A stretch of DNA of 64,000 nt from Aplysia californica (lineage: Eukaryota), in contig NW_004797329.1 in the NCBI RefSeq assembly GCF_000002075.1, positions 1,497,854 to 1,561,853 on the forward strand. Reading direction: 5' to 3'. The position numbers and the translations under genes are program-made. Of this stretch, positions 34,801 through 48,099 are shown in pieces. Under the pieces are notes generated by a model. The model was not told the DNA's origin, did not search any database, and was given only the letters and a program-made list of their open reading frames with translations. Each line of letters starts with the position of its first letter. Position 1 is the first letter of the stretch.

Positions 34801-37722
34801 CTGTTATTCTTCTCTGTTTCTTTGTCGATCTTCCTGGTTGTTGTTTTGAATATGTCCATGAGTTTAGCGAGAAAAGTTATCATGCAGTGGCTTATGATGC
34901 TCTGTGCTAGTATTATTGTTAAAGTATTGAGCTTTGATATAGATAATGAATTGTGCTGAAATGTTTCACCTCTTATATTTCATGTACATTGTGGCAGTAA
35001 TTCTTCTGTTGCTGGGTAGATCTTCCTGAATGTTCTTTTGAATTTGTCTGCGAGGTTAGCGAGAAAAGTTATGCACTGTGCTTGTATTTTTGTTTTAGTT
35101 TTGAACTTTGAAATGAATCGTGCTGAAATATTTCACCTCTTGTATTCTGTTGTAGTGCTACAGCTGCTTGTATTCTTGATGAGAATAGTAATTTCAATAT
35201 GATGGTAACTCTTTTGCCAAGCTTTTTTGTATAAAGTCTCTTCTGCTATTTAGATGTTGGGCTTATACCATGTATGCTCTTGATACATATTGGTAGTTCT
35301 TCCAGGCATGAGTGTTGAGTTTGTACATAAATGGTAGTTTATCTACTCTTATCAGAAACTTTTCAGTCTTGCACCCAGTGATTTTTTCAAGGAAATGGAG
35401 GAGGGGAGGGGGCACTTTTTCCAGTAAATGTTGATGCGCTGTGCTGTCTCTCAAGCTTTGAGAGGATAGAGCCGCTAGAGGAGGATTGGTCAGAGCTGTG
35501 ATGTGATCTGCTCAGTCCTTATCACAGCTGATAACTATTGTTCAGTCTGTTTCCTGCAAAATTTGAAAATTATTATTTTGACCCACCATCTCTTTTATAA
35601 CGCAGAGTCTGAAATCGTGCGAACTAAAATAGTAGAATGTTCATTGTGGTCCATCTGTTCTGAAGACCTGTGAAGACTCCCTTGATTTGTTTTCTTCTAG
35701 CCGCACGCCACGTCTGTGTGTGTGGTTGTGATGGCTACCTCGTGGACAGAGGCGTTCCAACTTCAGCTGTTTCGTTTCGATCTCGAAGCTGAAGTTTTTC
35801 AAGTGACTTGAGGAGCAGACAATGGTAGTGCTTGTTAAGTTGCTGGTTTAATGATTTGAGACTTTTATTTGTTGGAAAGTTTGGTGGGGGGGGGGGGGGG
35901 GGTGAGGGGATGATATTTTTTTATTTCTCTTTCTTTGCACTTGTAATTTCAACTATGTAACTATGTATGAACTGTTACTGAATGCCCGTAGTTGTTTCAA
36001 TTGTTTATTATTTATTACATTTTAAGGTAACTTTGTTTGCTTCAACATTTCTGCCTGTGCTTTTTTAACATGTAGTTCGTTTATGTAGTTCCTCTTGGTT
36101 TCCTTTTGTTTTATTATAATGATATGAGCATGTCTGTGTCACAGGTTTTATGATATAGAAGAACTTGGAGAAACATTTTCTGGCCTGATTTCATTGACAG
36201 GATTTGCAGAGGACTCTAATAATACTCAGAGATGAATCTTAAATTCTTTCAACTTGTGTGCTGTGTTCCTTAAACATTTATTCCTTTCTGTATATGTGTC
36301 TTTCGGATAAGTTCAGATGGTATGATATACGTTAAGTTTTTGTTTTTGGAATCTTCAAAATTATTACTGAATTTTTAACTCTTAGTATCCTTTGAACTCA
36401 TGGTTTAGTTTAAAGATACCTATGAGAGTATTTTCTTCTCTCTTGCGCCATTTCTTCCTGCTGTTTCTCGACTGGCGTTTCACTGGTGGTTTTAGGGCAT
36501 CATTAGTAGGTCTCCTTCTTTTATTTACCTCTTTTGTTTTGTTTTTGTCTAACTTTCTTTTTGTTTGACTTCAATGTCAGTGTCTGTGGTTGGAGGGTGC
36601 CTCCAGTAGGTCCTACATCTATTTTTTTCTATCTGTTGTTTCTGTCTGTCTCGCTCTTTACGTGCGTTAAATTACCAATATGTTGGTGTGCTTCTCTCTC
36701 CTCAAACAAGCAATCAATATTGGTAATTGCAATAATGTGCTTCTCTTACAGCTCAAATCAAGACGCCCTTTTGATTGTGAATCTGTGTTTTGATCTTTTA
36801 TCTTGTCAGTGTAGGTTTTACTGCTATAAGGACAGTTCTATGCCTGTGTCCTGTCTCTGTTGTCAGTGGTCTTCCTTTTTTTTCCTTCCCCAAGTGTATC
36901 TCTTCTGACTCCCCATTCTGCCATCTTTTTTTTTCAGTGATTTGTTTTCTTTCTTCACCATTCCTTTTCCTGTGTGAGGGGTGTTGTTCTGTTGATTTTG
37001 CCCCATCCTTTTAAATTATTTCTAAATACTCTGACTGGCTGTGCTTAAATTGCAGGTCTGTCTGTCTCTTTTTCATCGAACTCTTCTTTAGTCATGGATC
37101 CTCTTGATTCCCCTCTAGTTTTTGTCAGTTTTCCACATATGCATTTTTAGTGTAGGTAACAAATGCTGCATACCAATTTAGTGGGAAAAGAAGACAGTCT
37201 GTTTCTCATCAATTTCAAGTTAAATACTGTCTTTTGTACTTTTTCTGTTTAGTTTACCCACCTTGATCTATGTCACCACAGAGAAGATTTTGAGGGTGAC
37301 CTGACATTGGTTGCATGAACAATAAATTGTAGTTAGATTTCATCATCAGGTACATATTAAATTATTATGTATGGCTTGTTTTGTTTCTATTTTTAAAAGT
37401 TTGAGGAAGGAGGGTTTTTTCTTTTCCTTAGCTGTTTCGAGCTTTGAATAATGCAACGATTAAATGTGTATAATATCCCTTCTGATGTGGCCTGCATTTT
37501 CTTCCTAGACTGAAATGACGTCCTAGACTGAAATGACGTCCTAGACTTCAAACAGTTAATTCATTTTGTTTTGGGAACTTGCTTTTGGTTCTTGCACTTA
37601 ATTTTCAAGAGGGAAGTCTTTGTTTTTGTCCTTGCATATATATATAGTTTGTAGGTGCTTTGTAAAAATCTGTCAAATGTGTTTTTTTAAATTGAACAGT
37701 TTTATATCACTGATAGCTGCTT

Positions 37723-37928
37723 GGGAAGGAGTTCCGCTGAGGGCCGCCCGACCAACAACAACACACAAGAGAGGGGATATTTTATGCCGGGTATACCCTA
37801 ACCCTAACCTAACCTAAACCATAACCCTCCCTAGTCTATCCATGACCCTAATCCTGACCCTAACCCTTGTATAGTTTGCTCAGTGGACCTTGTCACAGTA
37901 AGTGCCGGCCCTCTGCGGAACTCCTCCC
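37723..37928. mobile_element. TIR element with internal degenerate (CCCTAA)n tract
   Basis: ggagttccgctgagggccg ... cggccctctgcggaactcc enclosing ccctaaccctaacctaacc repeats at 37795-37867. Confidence 0.6.
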
Positions 37929-38296
37929 CCTTTTTCTGATAGGAGATGGGTTCCTACATTTGACAGAACTGAGCTTTGTTGAGGCCACAATTCTCCTAGT
38001 TGGGCGATATTGGTGAAATGTTTATGGGCTTGTAGTTTTTGTATTACGTTGAGTTTTGGTTTCTTGCTGTCCTTCAGGAATGCAGTGTGTTGTTGCATTG
38101 TCTTTTTTTGCCCCCATGCTCCTCCTCCTCTCAGTAACGAGCTGAACAAAATTCATATCAAAAGGCAGCGCCTGGCCAAGGTGTTTGGTCAGTAGAATTG
38201 TATATTGGTGGCTGAGACTGGGAGCCAAACTCGTGTGTTACGATTTTGGGAAGTTTTCACCAAAATGACTGATTAGTTTTGCCACAGAGACAAAAT

Positions 38297-38540
38297 GGTC
38301 GCTTTTAAGCACAAGGGGGCTATCCCGATAAATGCTGTTTTGAGAAAATCGAAGGTAAAGTTTTTGCCCCTTGTTCAGTTTCTTTAAAAGACGAGCAAAG
38401 TTTTCTCTATAACCAAACAAAGATAATCACCAGTGAAACTAAACTTCTTCTATAGGTAGGGCAATGCCCACTTTTGATGAAGGTCAAGATTTCTGGATGC
38501 TCCGGAAATCAGGGTTAGCCCGCTTGTCCTTAGAAGTGAC
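38297..38540. mobile_element. MITE family S2 copy (inverted)
   Basis: Colinear with 19904..20151. Confidence 0.78.
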
Positions 38541-39446
38541 AATGTTAGTTCTTTTTTGCTTTCAGAATCAAAAAAAGAGATTCTGTTGTTGCTGTAGATT
38601 GTGTTTGCTACCATGAGTGGCTCTTGAGGATTGTGGGGCTCACTTTGTACTGGTAGTTTTGGTTTCTCGGTGGGAGAAAAAGGACTAAAAATTGGTGATA
38701 TGCGAGTTTGGTTCTACTATGTAGCAGTTACGATCTCTTTTGAGAAGTTTATTCTGGTCTTGCCAGGCCAAGTTACCTGGGCAGCATGTGTGTGTGGGTG
38801 TATGTATGTGTGTAGGTGTATGTGTGGGTTTAAGCATGTCTGGCATCTAGAAACTTTTGACGTTGAGTCTGGTGAGTGAAAAACCACATGTGAAGGTAAT
38901 TGTGCCAAAAAAATGATGAACTTGTTACAACAGTAGCATGTCCGAAATATCAGTTCCATAGTTGTTGTTTTTTTAGTTTTGTTCAAGAGCAAAATATTCT
39001 TTTTAGAAAGGTTGTTGGTTTTTTTTGTTGGTATATATGTGTTGTTAGTGAAATTTCCCATCTCCAGAGCTGTCTCTTGAAAATGCACCCATTGTTTTGT
39101 ATGAGAGTGTGTTTATTGCCTTCCAGCTGTTCAGATGTGTGTTTGGCACCTGTGGATGAACAGTAAACGTCTCACGGCACTTGAACCTGTCAAGCAGACG
39201 TTTTGTGTGTGACTTTGTCGTAGTTCTCTTTCAGAGAAGATATTAGTGGTGGGTGTTTGGTGGGTGCTCTGTTGTGGTTCGCTCCTTCTTTCCTATCAAA
39301 CATCTATCGCCTTTATATCTCCTCCTCCTTTTCTTTATAAATATGTTACTCCCTAGGAACAGCTCTAATCTTCTGAACTTATATGATTTACTTCTGTTGC
39401 AAGTGTTGTAAAGCTCTGAACTAAAACTAACCCCCCCCCGGGGACA

Positions 39447-39815
39447 GTGCCACTGACTGAAGTGTCTTTAGGCCATTCCCAAAGAGGGGACATATCTCCT
39501 TCAAGCATAGTAGAATTGTAAATTGGCTGACTCATGTCACGCTCATAACTCTGCCTGATCTACAACAGGGAACTGCTGCTTTTTCTTTCCTGATCCTTAC
39601 TATTGTCATTTTCCTCTACTTCTTTTGTATGTTTGTCACTCCCTTGTGACCTGCTATTTTGGGATGCCTTGATAGTCGAAGCAGACCTTGTGCTGTTGAA
39701 GCTAGAGAGGTGAGCAGTCTAAGTCTGATTCCCTGTAAAGACTTCTCTGTTGACACCCACCCCTTGGCGCTCATATGACCTTAAGCAGTTGCGAGCGCCG
39801 TAAAACCGACTACTA
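39447..39815 (+). mobile_element. Retroposon family B (SINE or LINE 3' UTR)
   Basis: About 370-bp dispersed repeat ending ggcgctcatatgacctta.gcagttgcgagcgccgtaaaacc + A-rich tail. Confidence 0.75.
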
Positions 39816-40067
39816 TAAAAATATATAATTAACTAAAACTAAAAAGAATAACAGACAATATTTTGTTGAACAGGAGACAAGATTTGCCAGGTCTCAGTGA
39901 TAGATGGTGTATATGATGCCTCTTTGACTTTCTGCTTGGAAACTTTCTCTATGTTGTTTTTGTTTGGGTTGTTGGGGATATTTGTGATATGCTGTGCCTT
40001 CAATTTGGTGTAAGGATGGTGATGTTAAGTGCGGTGGGTGAACTTGGATGCAAGTATTGTCGTATAT

Positions 40068-40485
40068 GTGATGCAGCGCGGTGAAATCAGGCGCTCGTCG
40101 AAATAACAAAATGGGAGAAACGGACATTATTCCGCCATTTTGGACATTTTTATTGAATTTTTATTTTTTGGCTTAACCTCTTTTACTTTTACATCCTTTT
40201 AAGAACACATCTCCATGTGAATGTTACTGGAAAACATTGATTAAAAGCACAAAATATGTCATCTTTCAGTTTTCAAAGATTCTTTAGCTATTGGACTTGC
40301 CAAACTTGCTAATTTCACCACTAAAACCAGACGATCAATCGCAAATATCTTGAGTTCTATCCAAGATAAATCGATTATATTTGTTTCCTTAGAAGCAAGG
40401 CAAATAAATGAGCTTTCAGATGATTCCAATAACTCCACATGCCCCAAAATTGACGAGCGCCAGATTCCACCCCGTCGTGACAGAC
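40068..40485. mobile_element. MITE family S1, diverged copy
   Basis: Body and degenerate TIR homology. Confidence 0.7.
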
Positions 40486-41401
40486 AAATGTTTGTGCACA
40501 TTTGACAGCACTTCTATTGCCCTAGTGCATGGGTAGAGGAATAATTCAAGAAGTGCTTGCCTGCTGTCCTTGCTTTCTTATTTTAAACACATTATATAAA
40601 ATATATTCTCACTGCGTTGCACTGTACATTTCTATCGTGGTCACTATTTCCGTATATTATGTCTCTGGTTCTATGATTCTGAAATGTGCATATATATATA
40701 CATACATGTAACCTGTTTTACTCCAAAACTCTGTATTCTAATGCAGCCAGCATAATTATTGCTAATTCATAATACCATTTGCTCAATACTACAAAAAAGG
40801 GGAGGGGGAGGGATGAGAAATTGAAGATTTATTTATAAGGTATTTGTAAGAACATTTCAACAAAGTACTTGGTAATAATGATAATATTCTATTAATGAAT
40901 GTGTCCAATGTTTAAAGAAAAATCTTTCAGAATGTTTTAAAAAGTTGTTGTTTATTTTTAGGGTTTTTTTTCCTTTGTCCACTCATGACGTCGTCCTCTC
41001 GAGTATTTGTGTGTCCAGTTTGACTGTCTCTGGTGTGCATCATCATCATAGCCTGTTTGGAGTTGACTGGGTGCATTAAAAGTGAAAGAACCAGAGGGTT
41101 ATTCTCACATTGTCTTCGCTGGTGTGATTTGTTTGTTGTGTTGGAGGATATATTATCTGTCCCCGTCGTTTTTTGCTTGAAAAATACGGAAGTTATGTAA
41201 ACTGAGCCCAAAAAATGTGAAATTATGCGATTCGGTTAATTTTAACAAATGATATTAGGAAAATAATAAGAAATTATGCCCCAAAAAATGATCAAATTTT
41301 GCTAAATTATGCGGGATGCATAAAATCACGGGGACAGATAAATTCATGCGTTCCAGGCCCTGATCTTCAGCATGTATCTCCCCCCCCCCCACCCCCGGGG
41401 G

Positions 41402-41822
41402 CGGTGTTACTGACTGAAGTGTCTTTAGTGCCATTCCCAAAGGGCAGGGGAGGGGGGGGGCATTGACATCTCTACTTCTTATGCACAGTAGAATTGTAAT
41501 TGTAAATGGACTGATTCATCAATGTCATGCTCATGACTGTGCCTGAACTGCAACAGGGAACTGCTGCTTTTTCTTTCCCAATCCTTACTGTCGTCATTTT
41601 ATCCTCTACTTCTTGTGTATGTGTGTCACACTCTTGTGACCCGCTATTTCCGGGGTGCCTTGATAGCCGAAGCAGACTTTGTGCTGTTGAAGCTAGAGAG
41701 GTGAGCAGAGTAAATCTGATTCCCTGTAAGGACTCCTCTGTTGACATCCACCCCTTGGCGCTCATACTCAGATTTTTATGGCCTTATGCAGTGACGGAGC
41801 GCCGTAAAACCTCTACTACAAA
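41402..41822 (+). mobile_element. Retroposon family B copy
   Basis: Colinear with 39447..39815. Confidence 0.75.
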
Positions 41823-43719
41823 GTTCTAAAAACCTAAAACTTCAGCAAGTACGTATCCTTCATTCCCATCCTACTTCCTCAAGAGTCGTGGCTTTGTTTT
41901 GTCGCTGATATATATAGAGGCCTTTGGAGTTTGATGCTATGTTGTACATGTAATAAGTAATGATGATAATGATAAAAATGATGATAACAGTAATAATATA
42001 ATCGTGATAAAAATGATCATATTAATTACTATAAGAAAATAATAGTGATAGTAGTAGTAGTAGTAATAATAATAATAGCAATAATAATTGTTATTATAGT
42101 ATTGAGAATAGGGATAATATTAATATTAAATGCATGTTTAAAACACTTTCCCTTTAGAATCCAAGCTCAAAAATGGTTTACAGATAAAGAATAAGAATAG
42201 TGTGTATGATGATAAAAAAAGGTGTTTGGCATGACTATTATCTAACTTAGTGAGATACGTGTGGGCTTACATGAGTTCGAAACGGAGCAACAGCCTACAG
42301 GTGTTTAAGAGCAAGAGCAATGATTTCATGTAAGATAAGATAGTACTTTATTATCCCAGAGGGAAATTTTCCTTGGTTGTACAGGACCGTAAAAACTCAT
42401 GCAGGTATACATAAAAAAAGCTAAATCACTCTCATTAAAATTCAATATGAAAGGAGAAGTAAAGCTGACAAAATGTACATTTACATCAAATGCATCATTC
42501 AACCACATGCAGGAATTTAAATACTAGACCTTTGGAGTTATATACAGATACATACTCTAAGAGCAACACACATCTATACTCATTCTGACAAAAGCCTTAT
42601 GCTAGATGGTAAAAAACTTCTTTTATATCTTTCTTTCTTTGTTTTTGGAGGTACATATCTGCCGTTGCGTGATCTTACAATTTGTGTGGAAAAGGGGTGT
42701 GATGGGTCGTTTAAACGTATAGACGTGAGTTAGAATCAAACTTGGTACGAGGGCTGTAGGCCTACATGTACCAAAATCAAGGTGAAATTGGCGAAGTTGC
42801 ACTTGACGTAGTATATAGGCTATTTCCTGCCATCCATCGAACATTTCGAAGGCTTTGACAATATCTCCAAATTACACTACATGTTTTTATAACTTGTCCA
42901 CGTTAGATACCCCCCTTTCCTTCCAATCTCTCTCCCCCCCCCCCCACATTCCCTTTGACTTCGTCCCGGGCTACCTACCTACCACGGTGTACGATTATAT
43001 TACAAATTGCCACGGGCCGAAGTTCTTCCCAGTTTATTTCTAGTGGGATGTAGAATCTCGTGTTGAACTTGATGAAAAAGAAAGTTCTGTCTCGACGATC
43101 CACGCATTTCTGCTATCGGCGCACAGGGTGCTACTACATACCCTCCGTCAAGAAATTCTTGTCAAGGGATTGCAAGTGGGTGGTTGGCGGGTGCTCTGGT
43201 GTGGTTTGCTTCTGCTCTCCTATCACACATCTATCGTCTTTATCTCCCCTCCTTCTTTTTTGTGTTTGTTACTCTCTTGTACCTCTTCTAATCTTCGGCA
43301 CTTGTATGACCTTATTGTGTTGCAAATGCCGTAAAACTCTTACAAAAAACCCCCCTAAAACAAACACATTCCATTTGCCTTCGTCCCGGGCTACCTCTAC
43401 CTACCACGGCCTACGATTATGTTATTATAATAACAAATTGCCATGGACCGAAGTTCTTCCCAGTTTATTTCTAGCGGGATGTAGAATCTCGTGTTGAACT
43501 TGTTGAAAAAGAAAAATCTGTCTCGACATCATTTGAGACTCGACTGACAATGCCATCGAGGATATTGAGTCTGTCATTCAACGTGCGGGACTTTCAGCCA
43601 ATTTGACATCGCTGCTCACCAGAGAAATTGGTGTATACCGGCACACAAAATGTTTCTCTATTTGCATAGGTGGGCAGAGCTGACCTTATTTAGATCATGC
43701 CAGAGTGACAGGCAAGTTT

Positions 43720-43970
43720 CTTCGAACGCTCAATGCGGAAAGAAGCATTTGAGAACATTGTAACAACAGGCAAGTTTGATCTAAAGAGAGGCAGAGGCAG
43801 ACAGAGGGAAACGATACTGGACAAGATGACAACATGGCTAGGAGCAGCAAGAACAACAGACACCATATTATTTATTATATTATTTATTATTGCTGCAACG
43901 CAAGACAGAGTGAAGTGGAGGTCCATGATCGCCCACGCCAGTCGGCAAGGCACCGGATGATGATGATGAG
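43720..43970 (+). mobile_element. RTE-clade LINE 3' end
   Basis: ENIVTTGK...KRGRGRQR...W...TQDRVKWRSMIA followed by a (TGA)n tail. Confidence 0.8.
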
Positions 43971-44187
43971 AGTGTGTGCAGGGGAGTGGGTGGTTGGCGG
44001 GTGCTCTGGTGTGGTTTGCTCCTTTTTTCCTATCTCTCGAACATCTGTCGTTTTTATCTCCCCTCCTTCTATTTTGTGTTTGTTTGTTACTCACTTTTGT
44101 AACTTGTAACACCTCTGCTCTAACCTTCGGCTCTTATATGACCTTATTGTGTTGCAAGTGCCGTAAAACTCTTACACTACACCCCCC

Positions 44188-44922
44188 NNNNNNNNNNNNN
44201 NNNNNNNNNNNNNNNNNNNNNNNNNNNNNNNNNNNNNNNNNNNNNNNNNNNNNNNNNNNNNNNNNNNNNNNNNNNNNNNNNNNNNNNNNNNNNNNNNNNN
44301 NNNNNNNNNNNNNNNNNNNNNNNNNNNNNNNNNNNNNNNNNNNNNNNNNNNNNNNNNNNNNNNNNNNNNNNNNNNNNNNNNNNNNNNNNNNNNNNNNNNN
44401 NNNNNNNNNNNNNNNNNNNNNNNNNNNNNNNNNNNNNNNNNNNNNNNNNNNNNNNNNNNNNNNNNNNNNNNNNNNNNNNNNNNNNNNNNNNNNNNNNNNN
44501 NNNNNNNNNNNNNNNNNNNNNNNNNNNNNNNNNNNNNNNNNNNNNNNNNNNNNNNNNNNNNNNNNNNNNNNNNNNNNNNNNNNNNNNNNNNNNNNNNNNN
44601 NNNNNNNNNNNNNNNNNNNNNNNNNNNNNNNNNNNNNNNNNNNNNNNNNNNNNNNNNNNNNNNNNNNNNNNNNNNNNNNNNNNNNNNNNNNNNNNNNNNN
44701 NNNNNNNNNNNNNNNNNNNNNNNNNNNNNNNNNNNNNNNNNNNNNNNNNNNNNNNNNNNNNNNNNNNNNNNNNNNNNNNNNNNNNNNNNNNNNNNNNNNN
44801 NNNNNNNNNNNNNNNNNNNNNNNNNNNNNNNNNNNNNNNNNNNNNNNNNNNNNNNNNNNNNNNNNNNNNNNNNNNNNNNNNNNNNNNNNNNNNNNNNNNN
44901 NNNNNNNNNNNNNNNNNNNNNN
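44188..44922. other. Assembly gap
   Basis: N run. Confidence 1.
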
Positions 44923-45125
44923 TGACTGAAATAAAAGGCGGTTGGTAAGAGTAAGAGTGGGCAAGGGGATGGGCTGGATAGAATAGTGGGTAAAAGATAG
45001 GGATGAAAGACGGAAGATGGAGACGGTATAGAGTGGACACAGAAAGCTGGGTTGGTGGGGGAGGGGGTGGGTTGAATGTGGACCAGAGGAGGGGGGGGGG
45101 GATGAAGGGAAAACCCGAGGCGATT

Positions 45126-45283
45126 GATCAACACGGAGTGAGCGGCTGATCAACACGGAGTGAGCGGTTGATCAACACGGAGTGAGCGGCTGATCAACAC
45201 GGAGTGAGCGGCTGATCAACACGGAGTGAGCGGTTGATCAACACGGAGTGAGCGGCTGATCAACACGGAGTGAGCGGTTGATC
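45126..45283. repeat. 22-bp minisatellite, 7 copies (gatcaacacggagtgagcgg(c/t)t)
   Basis: Direct tandem units differing at a single C/T position; no spacers. Confidence 0.95.
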
Positions 45284-45854
45284 TGGGATCCTCAGAGAAA
45301 TTTGCGCGCGCAACTTAATTCGCTACTTTTAGCCAATTTCCCGGAAAATTTGGAAAAAGTATTATAAAATGTCATTAAAAACACCGAGATTTTCTTCCAC
45401 GACTAAAAATAACGACGCCAAGGGGGACAATTCGCTTTTTGCACAACGGGGTGCCCGCCCGCCGCCCAGTTACCCGGACGGGTTAGGTCGGGTCGGGATG
45501 AACGCCCAGCTCGTCACCTGAGAACAACGTGTGGGCGATAATATAAAGAAAGCCGAAACTTAAGCGGCTGAAGATCGACTCGGACAGGCGCCAGTAGGTG
45601 TCTGCTTGACTCCACATAGAAGGCGCCTATTGCCGATCCCTTTAAGCTCGCGTTGCATTGATCTACACTGTTGTCTAGTCTGCCTTCGTCTACCGTATCT
45701 AGAATCTAGTTCTAGGTCTTGAGTGTTTACAAATTTACAAGAATGGACTCTTCATCCGAGAGGGGGAGAAGAGGAGAGAGGGAGGGAGAGAGAGGGGGAA
45801 AGAGAGAGAGAGGGGGGAGACGGAGGGAGGGAGGGAGAGAGAGAGAGGAGAGAG

Positions 45855-46639
45855 ATTATCTTCCCGTGTCCGGTAGAATGTCATATAAAATTGCAATATT
45901 ATGTCATAAATGTGTCAATAACAAAGCTCCCTTATATCTTAGTGATCTCATCCAGATGTATGTTCCATCTAGATCACTAAGATCAGGCGATCAGTATCTT
46001 TTAAGAGTTTCTAGAAAAGGGGGTAAAAAATTAGCTGAAAGATCGTTCGCCCACCTTGCTCCGTCAGTTTGGAACTCTCTTCCCCAACCCTTGAGACATA
46101 CAACATCTGAGTCTAAATTTTTAAAAATCTTTAAAGACACATTTAATGACATCTTTTTTGTCTGTAGATTCAGGTTCAATACAATGTTATGTAAATGACT
46201 ATGTATTCATTTATGTATTTTGTGAATTGCATTGTGTAGATTATTTTATGCTCATTTCGTGACGACGTGTAAGCGTGCGCNNNNNNNNNNNNNNNNNNNN
46301 NNNNNNNNNNNNNNNNNNNNNNNNNNNNNNNNNNNNNNNNNNNNNNNNNNNNNNNNNNNNNNNNNNNNNNNNNNNNNNNNNNNNNNNNNNNNNNNNNNNN
46401 NNNNNNNNNNNGTCGCGTGTGTGAATATTGTTCGTACAAGTATTTTTATGTACATGTGTGTGCACATGTGTGCGTGTTATGTGTTCGTGAGTGTTTGTAT
46501 GTGTGTGTGTTTGTGTGTGTGTACGAGTGTGTGTATTTTTGTGTTTGTGTCGCGTGCGTGAATATTGTTCGTACATGTATTTTTATGTAAAGCGCCTAGA
46601 GCTGTGTTTACACGGGAGTGGGCGCTATAGAAATGATCT

Positions 46640-46689
<50 letters not shown>

Positions 46690-46690
46690 G
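45855..46690 (+). mobile_element. L2/CR1-clade LINE 3' end (spans a gap)
   Basis: LPV..R..YKI...KC....APLYLSDL..YVPSRSLRS...RSF...AP.VWNSLP; tail gtaaagcgcctagagc..gcgctatagaaatg..(tat)n. Confidence 0.82.
46281..46411. other. Assembly gap
   Basis: N run. Confidence 1.
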
Positions 46691-48099
46691 TAAATCGACA
46701 TCCATTTTGACAAGACACGACACAGCCAGATAAGCAGATCTCTAGACGCACAACGAAAAACTACACAGGCCTCCATTTTTAATAACAGTGAAAATAGTTC
46801 ATAACAAAATGTGAGTTAAAGAAGAAGTCTCATTTTCACTGTTAAAAAATGGAAATACGACAAGAAAGCACTGCGGTGGGGAGTTGACAGCGAGACGCCC
46901 TTCCCAGTTTTTCGGCGTAGCCTAATAAGAATGTAGTTTGGATTCCGATAAAGCGACAACTCCGATCCGGATCCGGGTTTAAAGCCGCCTGCAATCGACC
47001 AGCTGTAGGGCAAGTTGGAAATCATAAGGGAATTTTTATACCTATCGGCGCTTACTGAGTCAGTCTCCAAAATCGGCGTTCTCTATGTTTTCGCCCTTTG
47101 TTTTGGAATAACGAGTCGTGTGCGATCGACTTTTGCCACGATAGCCGTTTTGCACCATCAATCTGGCGAGCAAACCGACCCAATGGACTGAATCATCTTC
47201 TAGTCTAGCTAGATCTAGATTTAGATCTAGAGTAAATCAATCGTAAACACGGTAGTCTGATTACTAAGCTTGCTTGATTCCGTAGCACCAGGTAGATAGA
47301 TCTAGATCTAGTATAAAAATTTGTGAAAGACTTTAAATCTTAGGCTAAGAGGGTTTATCTAGACATGGATCGATCGATTCATCCAGAAAACCTCTAAAGG
47401 CCCATTTAGACGTACAGTTCGCTGATCGACAAACTGACAGTATAACCGACGGACGCTCGATCTGTGTCATCGGTAAACTGAAAGTTTTGAATGTCAATTT
47501 GAGTTTAATCAATAGGGCTATATGTTTCAGAGTCTTTGTACTTAGTTTTCAAAAGTGCAAGTGGAACTTCATCATCTGAGTATTTCTCTGCTATGGCTAA
47601 TATGATCTAAATATCACCCTCTGAAACTATTATAATAGAAAAGTGTTTATTTCGCCCGTTTGTTCCGTATAATGATACACACCAGTGGGTCAGAGTACAC
47701 AGCACGCACTAATATAACCAACAGAGTACGTATTGTATCTTTTTGAGGGCAGGAGGTGAGATACGCTTAAACGGGAATCAACCGCAGCTCATTTATTGAT
47801 CTATTCTTTCGATTTTTAGAGAGGGTGTAGTATAGGATGAAGAAAATCGTGTGTTCATTTTAACAAGATTTCGGGTCATAATATATGACTAAAACTAGGA
47901 CATGTTTAGAGGGACGAACTGTGCAAAATAACAAACAGCTGGCATTACCTTTTGACTCCCCTTAGTAGAAATATTTATCTGTTTTTGATTCAAATTTACG
48001 TAAATCCCACGCCAAGCCTATATTCCAACATTTAAAAAAAAGTATTAATGTTCTTCTTTATAATCATAAATTTCGCTCTGAAGATTCAACTGACATTAC

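Noticed and set aside
37795-37867. True telomere or chromosome fusion site
   Set aside because: Short, degenerate, single orientation and enclosed by inverted repeats.
45126-45283. CRISPR-like array
   Set aside because: Contiguous tandem units without unique spacers; eukaryotic context; no cas genes.
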